A stretch of DNA of 63,694 bases, filler included, from Reticulomyxa filosa (taxonomy: Eukaryota > Protista > Foraminifera): the NCBI GenBank assembly GCA_000512085.1. It is 11 parts of 11 records of this genome, joined end to end, with 100 filler letters (N's around TTAATTAATTAA, not from the genome) between each part and the next. Parts side by side here need not be neighbours in the genome. Positions count along the whole stretch, not along the records: positions 27,310 to 36,020 come from ASPP01010939.1; positions 36,121 to 41,830 come from ASPP01004175.1; positions 41,931 to 43,246 come from ASPP01010101.1; 8 more parts are not named here. One strand, 5' to 3'. A program made the translations under genes and the position numbers. Below are positions 28,519-43,346 of the stretch, one piece after another. The notes below the pieces were generated by a model that saw nothing but the letters and a program-made list of their open reading frames with translations, searched no databases and was not told the origin of the DNA. How positions within the stretch are numbered: the first letter of the stretch is position 1; each line of letters starts with the position of its first letter.

Positions 28519-28928
28519 GCTAATCTTTTTTTTCTTTGTTTAAAACCTCTTTCAAACTTTCCTCAAAAGCGAGATCCAAGTTTGATATCGCCAAAAAAAA
28601 TAAAATTGTATGCAATGGAGAGTAAACTAGATATTTTGAAATATTCTGCTATGGACTGATTTTTATTTTATAAGTTGTTGGGAATGAAAGTCCCGAGTCC
28701 ATTGTTCTCTCATCAAAAAAACAAATTGATCTAACTCGAGTTAAATTCACATAGCCCAATTAAATACCTCAAATTGAAAATGTTCAGGCAGAAACATTCT
28801 AGCTTTACTATTTTATTAAAATAATTATAACCCGTTGCTTTAAATAACTACGAAAGTGTTTCCTTTCAAAAAAAAAGTAGAAGTTGAAAAATTCAATCAA
28901 TAATAATAATCTAACATTATATTGCATT

Positions 28929-30239
28929 ATGGAAAATCCAATTGCATCAACACAGGGTCAATCCGAGCGTAAGCAGCTCGAATTAGAGTTGGAATTCGTA
29001 ATGAAGCAGCTTGGCAATGTAAAAAAAGTAGTAAGTGCGTTTGAGGAGAAGATAAACAACTCCGGTTATGACGGCACCGAGTATGGTATGTCATTATTGG
29101 ACGTGAAATCTCATTTATTGTTAATGTACTGCACGAGACTGTTGCTATATATTGCGAAGCGAATGCGTGGTGAGAGTGTATCTGGTCACGAGTTATTAAA
29201 TCAAATGTGTATATTGAGCTGGATATCGGATAAAGTACGTAACATACAAAAGCAATGTCAATATTCAATAGACAAGCTATTGCAACACGTGAAGCATTCT
29301 CAAAGCAATAGCAACCCAGAAAGCAGTAAGATAACGGTTGACGATTTATCACATAGGCCCGACATTGCGGATTTGCGTCCTTTAGACCAAGACGAGGCCA
29401 ATAAAGAGAAGAGCGACAGCAGTAAGTATCAGCCATTGAAGCTCAATCCAACGGAAATGGGCATGGACGACCCAGCCACAAAGTTGACAAAGAAGCAACA
29501 ACGTTTGTTAGAAAAGCACAAAAGAGAGGTCCGAAGAGGTGACATTCATCAGTACTTAAGGAGTGAATTGACTAACTTGCCCGAAGAAGAGCACTTCCAT
29601 ATGAACTTGAGAGCTGGCAAGAAAGAGAAAGAGTTGGAAGAATTTGAAGAATCTATGATGACCCGAACAAAGCAAAGCAAAGTTTTACCTTTTTTTCTTT
29701 TCTTCGAAGCGAGATAAAAATTAAAAAAAAGGGTTTGCGCGAATTTCGAATATTCAAAGGGGGGTCTTTTTTTTTTTTTTTTTTGATGTTCAAACAAACA
29801 AACAACAAAAAATAGAAATTGTCAATTGCAAAAGCAAAAAAAAGAACGAAGAATTCAACAAAGCCACGGAGAAAATATCGACGCATTTGTTAGTAACATG
29901 ACAACGGAATTGGAAAAAAATACCAAATTGGCACGCTTTTCAAGCGGTGGTCCTTCATTTGCTAACACCATTGGCGTGTTTCATAAAAACAAACCTTTAT
30001 CAAACTTTGCTAAATTGGGCGTAAAAGGACCTTGGTATATGCGCAAGAAATTGGCTTGGAAAATGAGCAAAAAAGGTCAACAAGCCTTGTCGAGACGAAA
30101 ATGGAAAAAGTCACATCCATTGCCTTTCAATCCATCCAAACTTGTTCGTATGCATGGAAAAACACGAAAAACTGCCAAAAAATTGTTGGGAATTGCCAAC
30201 AAATCCAGAAAACTCAAAAGACTTACTGGCAAAAAATAA
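28929..30239 (+). CDS. NGDN: Neuroguidin / Lcp5 (Sas10/Utp3/C1D domain, SSU processome)
   Basis: GMSLLDVKSHLLLMY...DKVRNIQKQCQYSIDKLL, LSHRP, KYQPLKL, ELTNLPEE, EFEESMMTR. One intron (~29682-29815). Basic C-terminus. Confidence 0.85.
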
Positions 30240-30487
30240 ACCTTATCTTAGTATTAATTCTCTATTCTTTTTCTTCTTGATATCATTAATCAATTTCTTT
30301 TGATTTATGATACAAAAAAAAAAAATTTAATAAAATGTGAAAAAAGATCGAACTCTTACTTTGTCATTATTTATGTCATTATATGTTTTTTAAACGAATT
30401 AATTATAAATCCAAACTTACATTCACACAAGTATTCGTTCACGCATTGCCAGAAAAAAGTACGATTTTTTTTTGGACAGCCCCTACG

Positions 30488-31584
<1,097 letters not shown>

Positions 31585-32128
31585 TCCTTTTCTGTCTGTT
31601 ACTCAAAAAAAAGATAAAATAAAGGCAACTTATTCGATGGCGTTCATGCCTCCTTCTCCTCGTAAGTATTTCACAGTTCCAACACCAAACAATGGGACGG
31701 TACACAAAATTTTTTGTTTGCATTGGTCATGCTACTCGAAAGTTGATTTGTTGTACGATTTACTGTAGTTGATTTTTATTTCGTTTTTTTTGAAAATTTT
31801 ATTGATTTTCTGTCGACAATCCATTACAACATTATTTTTTCTTCTTTACATAACTTTTATTTTTTAATAAATTTATCAGAACTTGGGGCAAACACTTTTT
31901 TTGTTCGCATGAACGAAGCGCCAGGACTCAAAATGCATGCGGAAGTGTTTTTTTGTCGATCGTTTTTTGACCCTTTTATTTTAAAAAACAAAAAAGGCCA
32001 ACAAATAACTTGGATATTTATGCTGAATGCTTCCAACATAAGCAGAGCAATAACAACAAAAATGGACGAAAAGCAAGGAGAAAAACGAAAAAAAAAAAAA
32101 TTAATAAATTTGTATCAAGATCATACGA

Positions 32129-33854
32129 TTACTTAAAAAAATTGGGTGTTTTGATATCTTGCATATTATTGCATTTTGTGGAATTGCCTTCAGGGTCAAT
32201 CATTTGATAAATTTGATAAACCAAAGAACTCAAGCTAATGATTCCAACCAAAACAGCCTGAATGACAGCAAGTTTGCGGCGAACAGGATATTCGTCAGCA
32301 GGGACTATTTTATAAAAGAAAGTGCCAGGCAAAATGAAGCCAAAGAGAGGATAAGTAGTAGCTCCCAGCACTCCAAAAACGACCCCGATATCAGTGACAA
32401 ACAACGCAACAAGCATTCCTAAAAAAACAAATGCAAAAGTAAAGCTGGTATGCTTGAATTTTGACATTTTGATAGGTTTTTTGTTCCAGAGCAAAGTCAC
32501 AAGACCAGAGCGCCAAGTATGAGTAATGATAGGTTCGGTTAAAATCATGGAAACTGATATGCTAATGGCAGCAGTGATAGCACCAGGGCTTTTTTTAAAA
32601 TCATTTAACAAAATGTTGCTACAAACGCCGTCAGAGAAAGTTAAAAAGCCGAAAGTGGATGCGCAAGCATAAATGAAGAAGACAACATAGGAGGATCTAC
32701 GCAAAACTTTTTTCATGCGAATGCGTGACTTTCGCTGTAACTCGGTGTAGATGGGCAACATAAACTGCTGTGCAGTATACGCAAATACGAACAAAGGAAA
32801 GCAAAGCAAAAAGCTTTTCACAAATGACCACATGTCCGTATAATTGAAGAATGCTTTTTTAGGCAAATTGAAATTCTGCAACCAAAAGCATGAGCGAATC
32901 GAGTTACCATCCAAATCGTGTTCATGTCCGTCACATAGCACAAAATACTCTGCCATGATCAATACTCCCAAATACAAAGAACAAGAGATCCCAAGAAAAC
33001 TGGTGTAACGTAATGCACCCAAATTGGGCAATAAACTCAATGGAAAAATGATCAGCAACGCCGCCCCAGCGACAACATATGCATACACTTCAGTGTTGTT
33101 CACTGTCACTCTCCACACTAAATCGAGCAATCCCCCAAACGCCACCAAATAACTAATAAACGCTCCGAACATTTGCACAATTAACGTTAATTGTGTGAAG
33201 ACAGCCAATTTTGGACCCCACGATACGTCGCACTCATTGCTTATTGTTAGAAATGTTATCTCCACTCCTTCTGGCATGTTATCTGCTACTATCAATAGCA
33301 AGTCATTTGTAAAATACGATAACACGCAACTGAATGCCAACAACACCAGTCCTGGAATCAACCCGATTTGCTTCACCCCATATGCCAGCGACAACATGCC
33401 TCCTCCCACTGTCGCTATTATCATTGTGAATATTGCTCCTTTCAATGATCCTGATCTCATCTTTTCTCCGATTGCATATGCTATGCCTGTTTCACAACAT
33501 CCAGATTCAAATACTGTTCCCTCCCCCCCCCTTGCCCTTCCACTCCCTTTTTTTTTTTTTGGAAAAGAATGCATTTTTCGGAGATGCGAATTTTTTTTGC
33601 TAACCTTGTGGGGTGTACCATGGAGGGGGAGGATACCGGATTGCTTGTATGTTGCCCACATTTTTTTCGGTTTAACTCCAAGTCTCTGTGGATATCCAAT
33701 GACTCCGTCGGGCCAGAATTGTTGAAACCTTCGGTCGCAACTGAAATGTCGTCCGTTTTATAAAAAAAGCTAGAGAAGGCTCACAAAGATATGAAAAGAA
33801 ATTACCTCTTCCATCATCATTCAAGCTGGAATTGAGACTATATTGATTGCTCAT
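32129..33854 (-). CDS. Amino acid transporter, AAAP/SLC38 family
   Basis: GSLKGAIFTMIIATVGGGMLSLAY, LRYTSFLGI, FVFAYTAQ, TFGFLTF...ILLND, GVLGAT...FILPG; about 11 hydrophobic helices. Short 5' exons from ATG 33854 inferred. Confidence 0.9.
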
Positions 33855-35437
33855 AGTTTCTGATGATCAATAGCCGGCTTAGAATTTTTTAAAGGTTTTT
33901 GGTGCACTTCACACTTTTCTCGTAGAACTTAGAGCCACACTTTCCAACATGTTATTTTTACAACAAATACTGACCAAAAATTACTACGTTTTGGAGGTAG
34001 TGTTATATCATTTGAAGTGACGGAAAAAAAGTAGAATAAGGTAACAATGTACTTATATCAGATCATGATCGTGACTGCTGGAATGTGTCAATGTGTTTTT
34101 TATTTTAAAAAAATATAGACAATTCATAATCATTTTCAACTTGACGAAAAACTGGTTTTTTGAATGAGAGACAAGCGAGCGTTTACTTTAACATATATTA
34201 ATATTTAAAGTTCATTTTGAAAGATTAGTATTTGTTGTATTTCGAAATATAATAGAATATTGTGAAATTGTCAATTATGACATCTCAAAATCTGAAATAA
34301 GAAAAAGAAAAACATTTTCTAAATTATATATATAGTAGAACGTTGAGATCTTTCAGATAGCGAAATATTAAGTTGAAGAAATTTATATAATGGAAACGAA
34401 TTATTATAACAACAATTAATTCTGAAACTAATCGGAATTAAATGCAAATGATTTGCAAAGAAATTGAAAGCACAAGTTTTCTCAATGATGTAGAACTTTG
34501 TTTGTGTATTTTCAAAATCAAGTGAAATATAAAGATTTGAAATCAATTTTAGAATAACTCAATTCAATATAACAACTGATTGCACAAGAATTAAATAATG
34601 ATAAAGACAAGAACTAAATAACATTACATTTTGTTCAATAGTCAGAAAAGATTAAGTTTCTGAACAATTGGAGAAACTCAAGCAAGAAATGTTAAATCTA
34701 AAAATAAATATACGTTTATTATTAAATATGTTGCAGAAGTTATCGACACATTGGAATAAGGACTTGTATAAGTATAAAGATTTATTGACTTGACAATTGT
34801 GAAAGTGGTATTTGTAAATACAAATTATGTTCAAATAGAACTAAATTAAAAGAATCAATATTAGCTTTAATAAAGAAAAATTGGAAATCTTTGACAATTA
34901 TAGATGTAGTCCAAGATCAATACAGAAAGTGTTTCAAGTTGAATCATTTTGCAATTACAGTAAATTGCAAAAAAAACTGTCATAATTTACTATCCACCAA
35001 AGATTTTATTGGATTTAAAGCAGTTGAATTTGGAGGAAAATTCATTATTTTCTTTTTTTTGTTTTAAAGATGAAATTGCAGCATTACAGTCGATTATTCA
35101 ATCAATATAATCATTATTAAACAATAATGAAAATTTAAAATGATTTCTTAATAAATTTTTAAAAATTAGCATACCTAAAAATTTTTGATAAAATTATTTT
35201 CAGCCGAATTAGTCATTTGGTTATATATTTGTACTATTTTTCGTTTGCATTATTTAGTGCAATGTCCTACTTTGGATCAGGTGCTTTTTCAACTTGCTTT
35301 TGTTTGCACTTTGGGGTATATAGTTAAGTGCTTGGATCTAATGGTACAAGTATGTGCAAAAAGAGTACTGGCAAAGGGGGGAAGGGGGAACGGTAAGATA
35401 TAAAAAACGACATTGATGATCTTGACAAAGGGATCAA

Positions 35438-36020
35438 ATGCAAGTGAATATTGTCTTAGAAAATAAAAATGAAAAAGAAAAGTCCAAACCGGAATGGGTA
35501 GGGACAATTTTTTTTGAGGGTCCGAAAGAAAGCGAACCAAATAACTCGTTGGACTACTTGCGAGGCCAAATTATAGACCAATTTGACAGCAGCCAAATGA
35601 GTTCATTACAAAAACAAAACAAAAAAAAAGGGTGTCAAAACATCAATAATTTTTTTTTTCCTCCTTCAAAAACAAAACAAAACAAAACAGTTTCAATGGG
35701 CGGCAATGATTTTCAGTTTCTGAATGAAGGGATCCCAGTGTCGCGAAAGCAAGAGAAATATTTGACATGGATAGACATAGGACTAGTAACGAACAAATGG
35801 GTCGGGAGTAGTGAAGACGACGAGCCAAGGAAAGAGAAGACCGAGAAGAGTGGTAAAAAAGCGGGTGGAGTATTATTTCATCAAAGCCTGCATATGAATA
35901 AATCCGAGAAAGAGGAAGCAATATCGTGGAATATTGGCAACGAGAAGGACGAAGCAGAGAACATGATCAAACGGCATGCAACTGCCAACGACGCAGATGC
36001 CGATGCAGATGCCGATGCAG
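35438..36020 (+). CDS. Hypothetical protein fragment with ubiquitin-like (SPATA1-N-like) domain
   Basis: SLDYLRGQI...FQFLNEGIPVSRKQE pattern. Ends in a (DA)n repeat at the gap. Start uncertain. Confidence 0.45.
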
Positions 36021-36120
36021 NNNNNNNNNNNNNNNNNNNNNNNNNNNNNNNNNNNNNNNNNNNNTTAATTAATTAANNNNNNNNNNNNNNNNNNNNNNNN
36101 NNNNNNNNNNNNNNNNNNNN
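36021..36120. other. Assembly gap spacer
   Basis: N44-TTAATTAATTAA-N44. Confidence 0.98.
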
Positions 36121-36611
36121 AACATGTCTTTGGGTTCCCGATCACCACAAACTGTCCGCTGTCGTCGATTATCTCTTGGATTGTGCTATTTGCAAACTCG
36201 TTGTACGAAGCAATTTGCTGTCGCGCTAACCTATTTCATATCATTTTTTTTGTTTTTATTTATTTCATTTTTTTTTTTTTTAAAAAAAGTTGCGATTTTG
36301 CGAACTTTAAAAAGTTGGATAATTTTTTTTTTTTTTTTTTTTTACCCCTTCTTCATTCAATGGACAAAACAGATCAAAACGTACCCTCTCGAATCGAAAT
36401 ACTTTGTTATAACCGACCACGAATCATCTTGTGTTATTGGTTTGTGCTGGTCACAAAATGCTTTCAACCTTTCTTTGCATTGCTCTATACCCCCCTGCCC
36501 GCTGTCCGTTTCATCCTTTTTTATTTTTTGAGTGTCACTGTTTGACCCAGCCGACATTCGCATGTCGCCGTCTATGTCCATATTGTCGTCTTCCTCAGCA
36601 TCCACCTCCAT
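36121..36611 (-). CDS. RPB2: RNA polymerase II second-largest subunit, N-terminal fragment
   Basis: PITQDDSWSVITKYFDSRG|LARQQIASYNEFANSTIQEIIDD matches the RPB2 N-terminus (W-VI--YF--KGLVRQQLDSF-EF). Truncated by the gap. Confidence 0.88.
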
Positions 36612-37263
36612 ATCTTCTACTGGCTCTTTCTCTTTTTTTTTTTTGTTTGTTTGTTGGTGACGTCTTCTTCAAATTGGCAATTTTTTTACACAACAAGAAA
36701 AACATTGCTTGTTTCCAATTTTAATTGAAAAGAGACCGTGAGAACGCACTTGGGTACAAGTCATAATCGGGCTCGTGCTTCATATGAGTGTCATAAGGCT
36801 GTCTATTCATCTTGCTGTCGAAATCCTGTTCATCATCGTAAGCCGACATTATTATTAGGGAAAATTATACCTTTGTTTGAATTTTCAATGTTTCTTTTCA
36901 TATTTTTGTCCCTCAGTGTACCCTTTGTTTCAACGACAAAATTCAAATTAACTTGTACCTTTGAATTGTTCATTGCAGAAATTAAGCAATGTCTACGTGT
37001 ACTTGATTTCGATATTTACGGTGTATTTATAAATGTAAAATAAAAAGGATGATAACAAAGATTGTCCTTTTTTTAAGATACATGAATGAACTGTTCGCTG
37101 TTTTTTACTTTCATCCTACTTTTAAAGCTTTTCAAAACTGATTTTTGAAATTTTTTGGAACAAAAAACTCAACTTTTGAAAAGTTTAAGTCACTTTCTTT
37201 GTTGTTCGTCTCTAAGATTTTGTTTGCTTCTCTAAAAATAACTTCAGTAACTTATTATCAATC

Positions 37264-39238
37264 ATGCGCGAAATTGTTCAAATCCAAGCTGGTTAGCTCA
37301 TAAAAGTGTTTATACTCCTAAAAAGAGCACATAAAAAAATAATCATGACGTTTTGACTTGTAGGCCAGTGTGGCAATCAAATTGGAGGAAAGTTTTGGGA
37401 AATGATGTGTCAAGAACATAACTTGGACTCAATGGGCAAATTTGTTGGGACCGACAGATCTTTAGTCGAACGAATTAATGTATACTTCAACACAGTAAGA
37501 GAAACACGTTTTGTCCCACGATGCATTTTAGTTGATTTGGAGCCCGGAGTTTTGGACAGGTCTAAAATATTTTTTTTAAAAAAGATAAACAAAAAAAAAG
37601 TATGAAAAATGCTCTTAAAACAGCATTCGTAGTGGATCTTACGGTTCGCTGTTTCGTCCTGACAGCTTTGTAGCTGCGCAAAATGGTGCTGGTAACAATT
37701 GGGCTAAGGGACATTACACAGGTAAGCCCTACTTGTTTCTTTTATCAGTTTTAAAACAGCAAAATTAACTCGGTTGTATTTTTGCTTGTTAAAAAAAAAA
37801 AGAGGGAGCAGAATTAATCGATAACGTTTTGGACGTTGTTAGAAAGAATGTTGAATCATGTGATTGCTTGCAAGGTTTGTAATTTTTTGCTTTTTGATAC
37901 TTTTTCGGACTTATTTCATAGTAGAGAGAAACATTGACATAAACTTTTGGGTTGGATCTTGGATATTGTGCAACCAATCAGGTTTTCAAATCACTCATTC
38001 CTTGGGAGGAGGCACTGGCAGTGGCATGGGAACTTTGTTGGTGTCGAAGATTCGTGAAGAATATCCAGATAGAATGTTGGCCACTTTCAGTGTGTTTCCA
38101 AGCCCAAAAGTCAGTTTTATTTTATTTTATTTTTTTTAATTATCGTTATCGCACATTAATTTGAAATTAGGTCAGCGACACGGTTGTAGAACCTTACAAT
38201 GCAACGTTATCAGTGCACCAATTGGTGGAAAACGCCGATGAGGTGATGGTGATTGATAACGAGGCCCTTTATCACATTTGCAACAAAATTCTTAAATTGA
38301 CCACTCCCTCCTACAATGATCTTAACCATTTGGTGTCTGCCGCAATGAGTGGAATCACATGCAGCTTGAGGTTTGTTTTTTTAAAAATATCCGCGGTTGT
38401 GATGATTTGAATGATGACGAAGCAAATTTTGAGAACGTTTTTTTTTTTTGTTAAATTGCTCGATTAGATTTCCTGGTCAATTGAACAGTGATCTTCGAAA
38501 GTTAGCTGTCAATTTGATTCCATTTCCCCGTTTGCACTTTTTCATGACTGGATTTGCTCCTTTGACTTCTACAAATGTTGCCCAAGTTTGGTGCTGATGA
38601 GAAAAAAAAAATTGAAAGGATTGAGTTTTTGGTGTAAATATAAATTTCTCACATACAAATAAAAGTATTCGAACGCAACTGTAGCAGAACTTACTGGCCA
38701 AATGTTTGATCCCCGCAATATGATGTGCGCTTGTGACCCCAAAAATGGTCGTTATTTGACAGCTTCGGCAATCTTCCGTGGTAAAGTATCAACCAAAGAA
38801 GTTGATGACCAAATGTTTGCGGTGCAAAACAAACGGAGCTCATTTTTTGTAGAATGGATCCCAAACAATATTAAATCATCAGTTGTTAACACACCTCCGA
38901 AAGGATTGAAATTAAGTGTTACATTCTTGGCCAATTCTACTGCAATTCAGGATATGTTTAAACGAGTTGGGGAACAATTTACGATGATGTTCCGAAGAAA
39001 AGCATTCTTACACTGGTAAGTGATTCCTGCTTTTTTGTCTTCTGGAATTATATTTTCTTTGTATCTTTTGAAAAGGTATACTGGAGAAGGTATGGACGAA
39101 ATGGAATTTACTGAGGCAGAATCAAATATGAATGATTTGGTAAGCGAGTATCAACAATATCAAGAAGCGACTGTATTTGAAGACAATGGTGAAGAGTATG
39201 AAGAAACAGAAAAACCAAATACAGCACAAGTACAATAA
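37264..39238 (+). CDS. TUBB: Beta-tubulin (divergent), 9 exons
   Basis: [98 protein letters not shown]. Eight GT-AG introns, all in phase. Confidence 0.97.
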
Positions 39239-40371
39239 AAAATTTTTCAAAATGTAAAGTGTTGAATAATATGTCTTTTGTTTGCATAACCTTTTTTTTA
39301 TTTATTTAATTGAAACAAATTATTGAAAATTGAATCCTGTAGATTTTCAAACAAAGTATAGTATCAGCACAACGCATCAAACACTTTTGAATTTATGATC
39401 TCCAAAAAAAAACAATAAAAGCTGACTTTTTTGGCACAAAATCGATATTTTGGTTGATTTTTTTTACGTTTACATCACATTATAGAAATCTGTTGACCAG
39501 CTTTTCTTTGAGTTTTGGGAAACAAAAAGTTCGAAGTTGTAATTTTTATGATATGTAACCGTTATTTCTTATTATCGTTCTACTGCTTGACGTTTATATA
39601 TGTGCTGTAATCACACTGTATGATATCAACATGAGAGCAATGTTTCGTCTGTTGTTGAAAAAATCCTTTGTGTTGCTTCTACGTTTTTGTTTTTCAATGC
39701 ATTAGATACATTTGAATGAATAAAACAATTGATAAAAAAGTGTTGTTGCGCGTTATGATAAATGAATATAACATACATTGATTATTTCATTGTGAATTTA
39801 AAAAACGAAAAAATTAGCAAAAAGTAAAAAAATACTTTGATAAGAGATTTTTTTTTACGAAAAATCGTATAATTTTGTATATTATTTTTAACTTTTAAAA
39901 TTTTGTTTTGTTATTAAATTAACGTTAATTTATATGATGTTGGTCTTGCACTGAAAAAAGTAATCAATTCAATAAAGTGAAAAAATATGTATTGAGAATT
40001 CTGGTAAGTGACAATATGCTTTTCAAAGCAAAGTAAACAAACTATAAAATGTTCTTTATATATAAAATCTATATAAAATTCTTAACTTTTTTGAAATTTC
40101 TGCACATTCAATCGATTTATAAAAACTTTTCTCCATTTTGAAAAGTTGGGTGAGTTTTGAGCATTTTGGTGCAAGCATTCTCATTATTTGAAAGCGTGCC
40201 CATCACAAAGTAAATGCAGAACATGGACAAGACAATATTAGAAGGGTCCGAGATTGAATATTTTGCAGCTTATAAAAAATAAGGCATAAATAAAAATCAA
40301 TAATTCGAAAAATCTACCCAAAGACACCAAAAAAAAACAAAGTGGCTGAAAATTAGAGAATGAAGAAATTA

Positions 40372-40986
40372 CTAAATTTTAGCGACTTTACGTGACTCAA
40401 TGGTCTTGGTGATAGGACATTGCATTGAGTTCCAACTGATCGGTTGCATTTTGTGACCAAAGACCGAATTGGCCATGACCACACCCAAATATTCTTTAGC
40501 GGTGGTTAGATGGTAGTAGTTGTGAAAAAGTGAAATGATTTGTGCTTTAACAATGTCATTGGGTCGGAAGCATTTCCATATTTCCACGCTATCAGTATCT
40601 AATTCTCTCACATTCAGTTTTTTGATCATTCCATACATTTTATGGTTTTTGTCAATACTTGTGGCATTCAAGACAAGATCTTTGCCTGATTGGCACAATG
40701 CGATTATCTCGCCTTTGCAGCTGGTCATGTCAATACTTGTCACTTTCAACAACACTGTATCACCTTCTTTTGGGATCACATAGCCTCGGTTTTTCCAGTG
40801 TTTCACATTTACAGTCATTTTCTTGTCAGTTGCTTCGGTTACTCCACAAACTGAAGACTTTACTACTGTTGACACTTTATTCTTTTGGATTATTGTATCC
40901 ATATATGTTCCATGACCTTCTTTGCAGTCCTTGTCCTTATCTGCAGTTACAAGAATATCACCAGGAAAAACAAATTTCTGCTGCAT
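40372..40986 (-). CDS. CSL4: Exosome complex component CSL4 (EXOSC1), intronless
   Basis: FVFPGD, S1 domain (FRPNDIVKAQIISL, YHLTTA..LGVV) and C-terminal MQPISWNSMQCPITKTIESRKVAK. Confidence 0.93.
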   Translation of the reverse strand: MQQKFVFPGDILVTADKDKDCKEGHGTYMDTIIQKNKVSTVVKSSVCGVTEATDKKMTVNVKHWKNRGYVIPKEGDTVLLKVTSIDMTSCKGEIIALCQSGKDLVLNATSIDKNHKMYGMIKKLNVRELDTDSVEIWKCFRPNDIVKAQIISLFHNYYHLTTAKEYLGVVMANSVFGHKMQPISWNSMQCPITKTIESRKVAKI

Positions 40987-41471
40987 CTCCCCAAGACTAA
41001 GCCTTTTTTTCTTTTTTCCCCCGTTACCAAATGTTCTCTAGATTATTTAAAAAGTGTTAATTGTATCGATGATAATTCAACAATAAACATTAAACAGCTA
41101 GAAACAACTGGAACATTTGGTGGTTCTCGCATTTCTGTGCTATTTTCAAAGCTTGGAATAAAGTTTATTTAAAAAAAGAGGTTTGGCTGTCTTACTTACC
41201 AAAAGATTTAATAATCTCTCAATTGTAGTCGTAGTTTTATTTTTACTGTAAGATAATGATTTATAATAGCAACAAACCGTAATGTTTTTAAGTAAAGAAA
41301 GTATTTAAAAAAAAGCGTCTTCCTTTTATGTGCGCCAATCAATAATATTAACTTGACATTCTTCTTGTAGTTCAAATCTTCCAAGTATTATCACAATACT
41401 TACTAAGTACAATTCTTATTTCATAAAGTAAAAAAAAAGAAAAACTCGACAATATTTTTGATAATGGAAGG

Positions 41472-41746
41472 TCAAGGACAAGAAGCACCCTTACATTGTG
41501 AATAAGTATGCAACATGGCGTGCAATTCATCAAGTAGCGCAACCGAGGCCGTGAAATATAAATTAGTCATTTGATAAGGATCGGCATTCACATCATACAA
41601 TTCAATAAACACTGATTGCGTATCGTTCACATTGTTCCATGCGTAATAATCAACAAATTCAGTGTATGCAATATTACTTGTCGAATTGATTATTCGCAAG
41701 GTGCGATAGTTATTGCTGGATTGTGAATCGACATAATAATACACAC
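41472..41746 (-). CDS. Sulfatase (N-acetylglucosamine-6-sulfatase-like), last exon only
   Basis: NNYRTLRIIN...YTEF...FIELYDVNADPYQMTNL...CKGASCP* is the GNS-type C-terminus. The rest is lost at the gap. Confidence 0.75.
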
Positions 41747-41830
41747 CTATTCAACAAAGGATTTTTTTAAAAAAATAAAAAATAAAGGAGGACTCTCCTT
41801 TTTTAAATAAAAAAAAAAAAAAAAAAACCT

Positions 41831-41930
41831 NNNNNNNNNNNNNNNNNNNNNNNNNNNNNNNNNNNNNNNNNNNNTTAATTAATTAANNNNNNNNNNNNNN
41901 NNNNNNNNNNNNNNNNNNNNNNNNNNNNNN
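41831..41930. other. Assembly gap spacer
   Basis: N44-TTAATTAATTAA-N44. Confidence 0.98.
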
Positions 41931-41985
41931 TATTGTGAGGTCCCCTTTTTTTTTTTTTTTTTTTTGGTGTTGTTGGATTGTGAAG

Positions 41986-42310
41986 CCACGACGGATCGGT
42001 ACGAATATTGACCAAAGGTGACAATAATCGTATGGACGATGCCAATGGTATCTATGTGCCTGGACAAATGTGGCTGACGAAGGAAGATATCATGGGCAAA
42101 GCCATCTTGTTAAGTACATGGGTCCATTGCTGGCTATCTGTGTCCTAATTGAATATTGTGTATCATAATGCTTGCATTTGCCTTGTTGGTAGATATATCC
42201 CTCAGGCGGGCTTTCTCACTATATGGATTAATGAACAATGGTTCGTCAAATTTGCTGTAATCGGCGCCATGTGTGTGTATGTCCTATTTTTCGATGATAG
42301 CAACCAATAA
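41986..42310 (+). CDS. SEC11: Signal peptidase complex catalytic subunit SEC11, C-terminal two exons
   Basis: Manual translation: VRILTKGDNNRMDDANGIYVPGQMWLTKEDIMGKAIL|YIPQAGFLTIWINEQWFVKFAVIGAMCVYVLFFDDSNQ*. Has the LTKGDNN..DD signature and the C-terminal transmembrane helix. Absent from the ORF track. Confidence 0.92.
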
Positions 42311-42670
42311 ACACATCCTTATTCAAGAAATTTCCGTGTTTGGAGAGTCTGTCGTTTTTACCGATTGGTCATCACATTTTCAGAAAGTTGTTTTAAACCA
42401 ATTTAAAAATACATCCTGCAAACAAGAACCAACAATTAATTTTTCCAATTTGGAGAAGAACACTTTGTTTTAACTAGTTCTAGTCTAAAATTCTTCTTCA
42501 ACGCTTTCACAATCCCAGAAACTCCTTTCAAAATTTTAATACCTAAATCCGGATATTGTGTTTCAATAATAACGATTCAAAAAAAAGAAATTTACAAGTA
42601 CTCAATAGAGAAGAGCACTCGCGTACAAGGGCGAGAGCAGGAGGGGGGCTGAAAAAAAATTAAATTTCAT

Positions 42671-43132
42671 ATGAGTGATACATATTACATGATGACCGAA
42701 TTGGTGCATGAAAATTGGGTTCCTAACTCTTTTTTGTCGTATAGAACAGAAAGGAGTGCAAGTGTTTCGAATGAGACTACGGGTACGTGGCCTCCTTTGG
42801 GGTCCTCCATGGCGTTGGAGATACTGCAAACAATTCAGGAGGACGCACGAGAAGGTAATATTGAAGAGATTAAGGAGATAATATCCTGTTATGGGATCGA
42901 TTTTATTCGAACGGCCTATAAATATCATCACCGCAATTTGGGTGACAATCCATCTCCAATACACGAAGCCTCTGAAGCGGGGAACGCATCAATGATAGCG
43001 TATCTAATCGAAATGGGTTTTGATACCAATCAATTGACAGGCCGATGTTTTCATGGGATACACATAGCAGCATATCGAGGTCACAGTCACATAGTGCAAT
43101 TGTTTGTTGATCAGTATGGGATTGACCCTGAG
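42671..43132 (+). CDS. Ankyrin-repeat protein, 5' fragment
   Basis: SPIHEASEAGNASMIAYLIEMGFD and GIHIAAYRGHSHIVQLFV ankyrin repeats; runs into an intron and then the gap. Confidence 0.8.
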
Positions 43133-43196
43133 GTTAACAAAACAAACACAAACAAATTAAATACTTCATTGCACAGCCAACTGACGTTGCGAGTTG

Positions 43197-43244
<48 letters not shown>

Positions 43245-43246
43245 TT

Positions 43247-43346
43247 NNNNNNNNNNNNNNNNNNNNNNNNNNNNNNNNNNNNNNNNNNNNTTAATTAATT
43301 AANNNNNNNNNNNNNNNNNNNNNNNNNNNNNNNNNNNNNNNNNNNN
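43247..43346. other. Assembly gap spacer
   Basis: N44-TTAATTAATTAA-N44. Confidence 0.98.

Noticed and set aside
34280-34900. AT-rich coiled-coil-like fragments
   Set aside because: Too degraded to assign.
42250-42280. THGADYSK on the minus strand as a continuation of the sulfatase
   Set aside because: The + strand encodes a convincing SEC11 exon here; chance antisense match.
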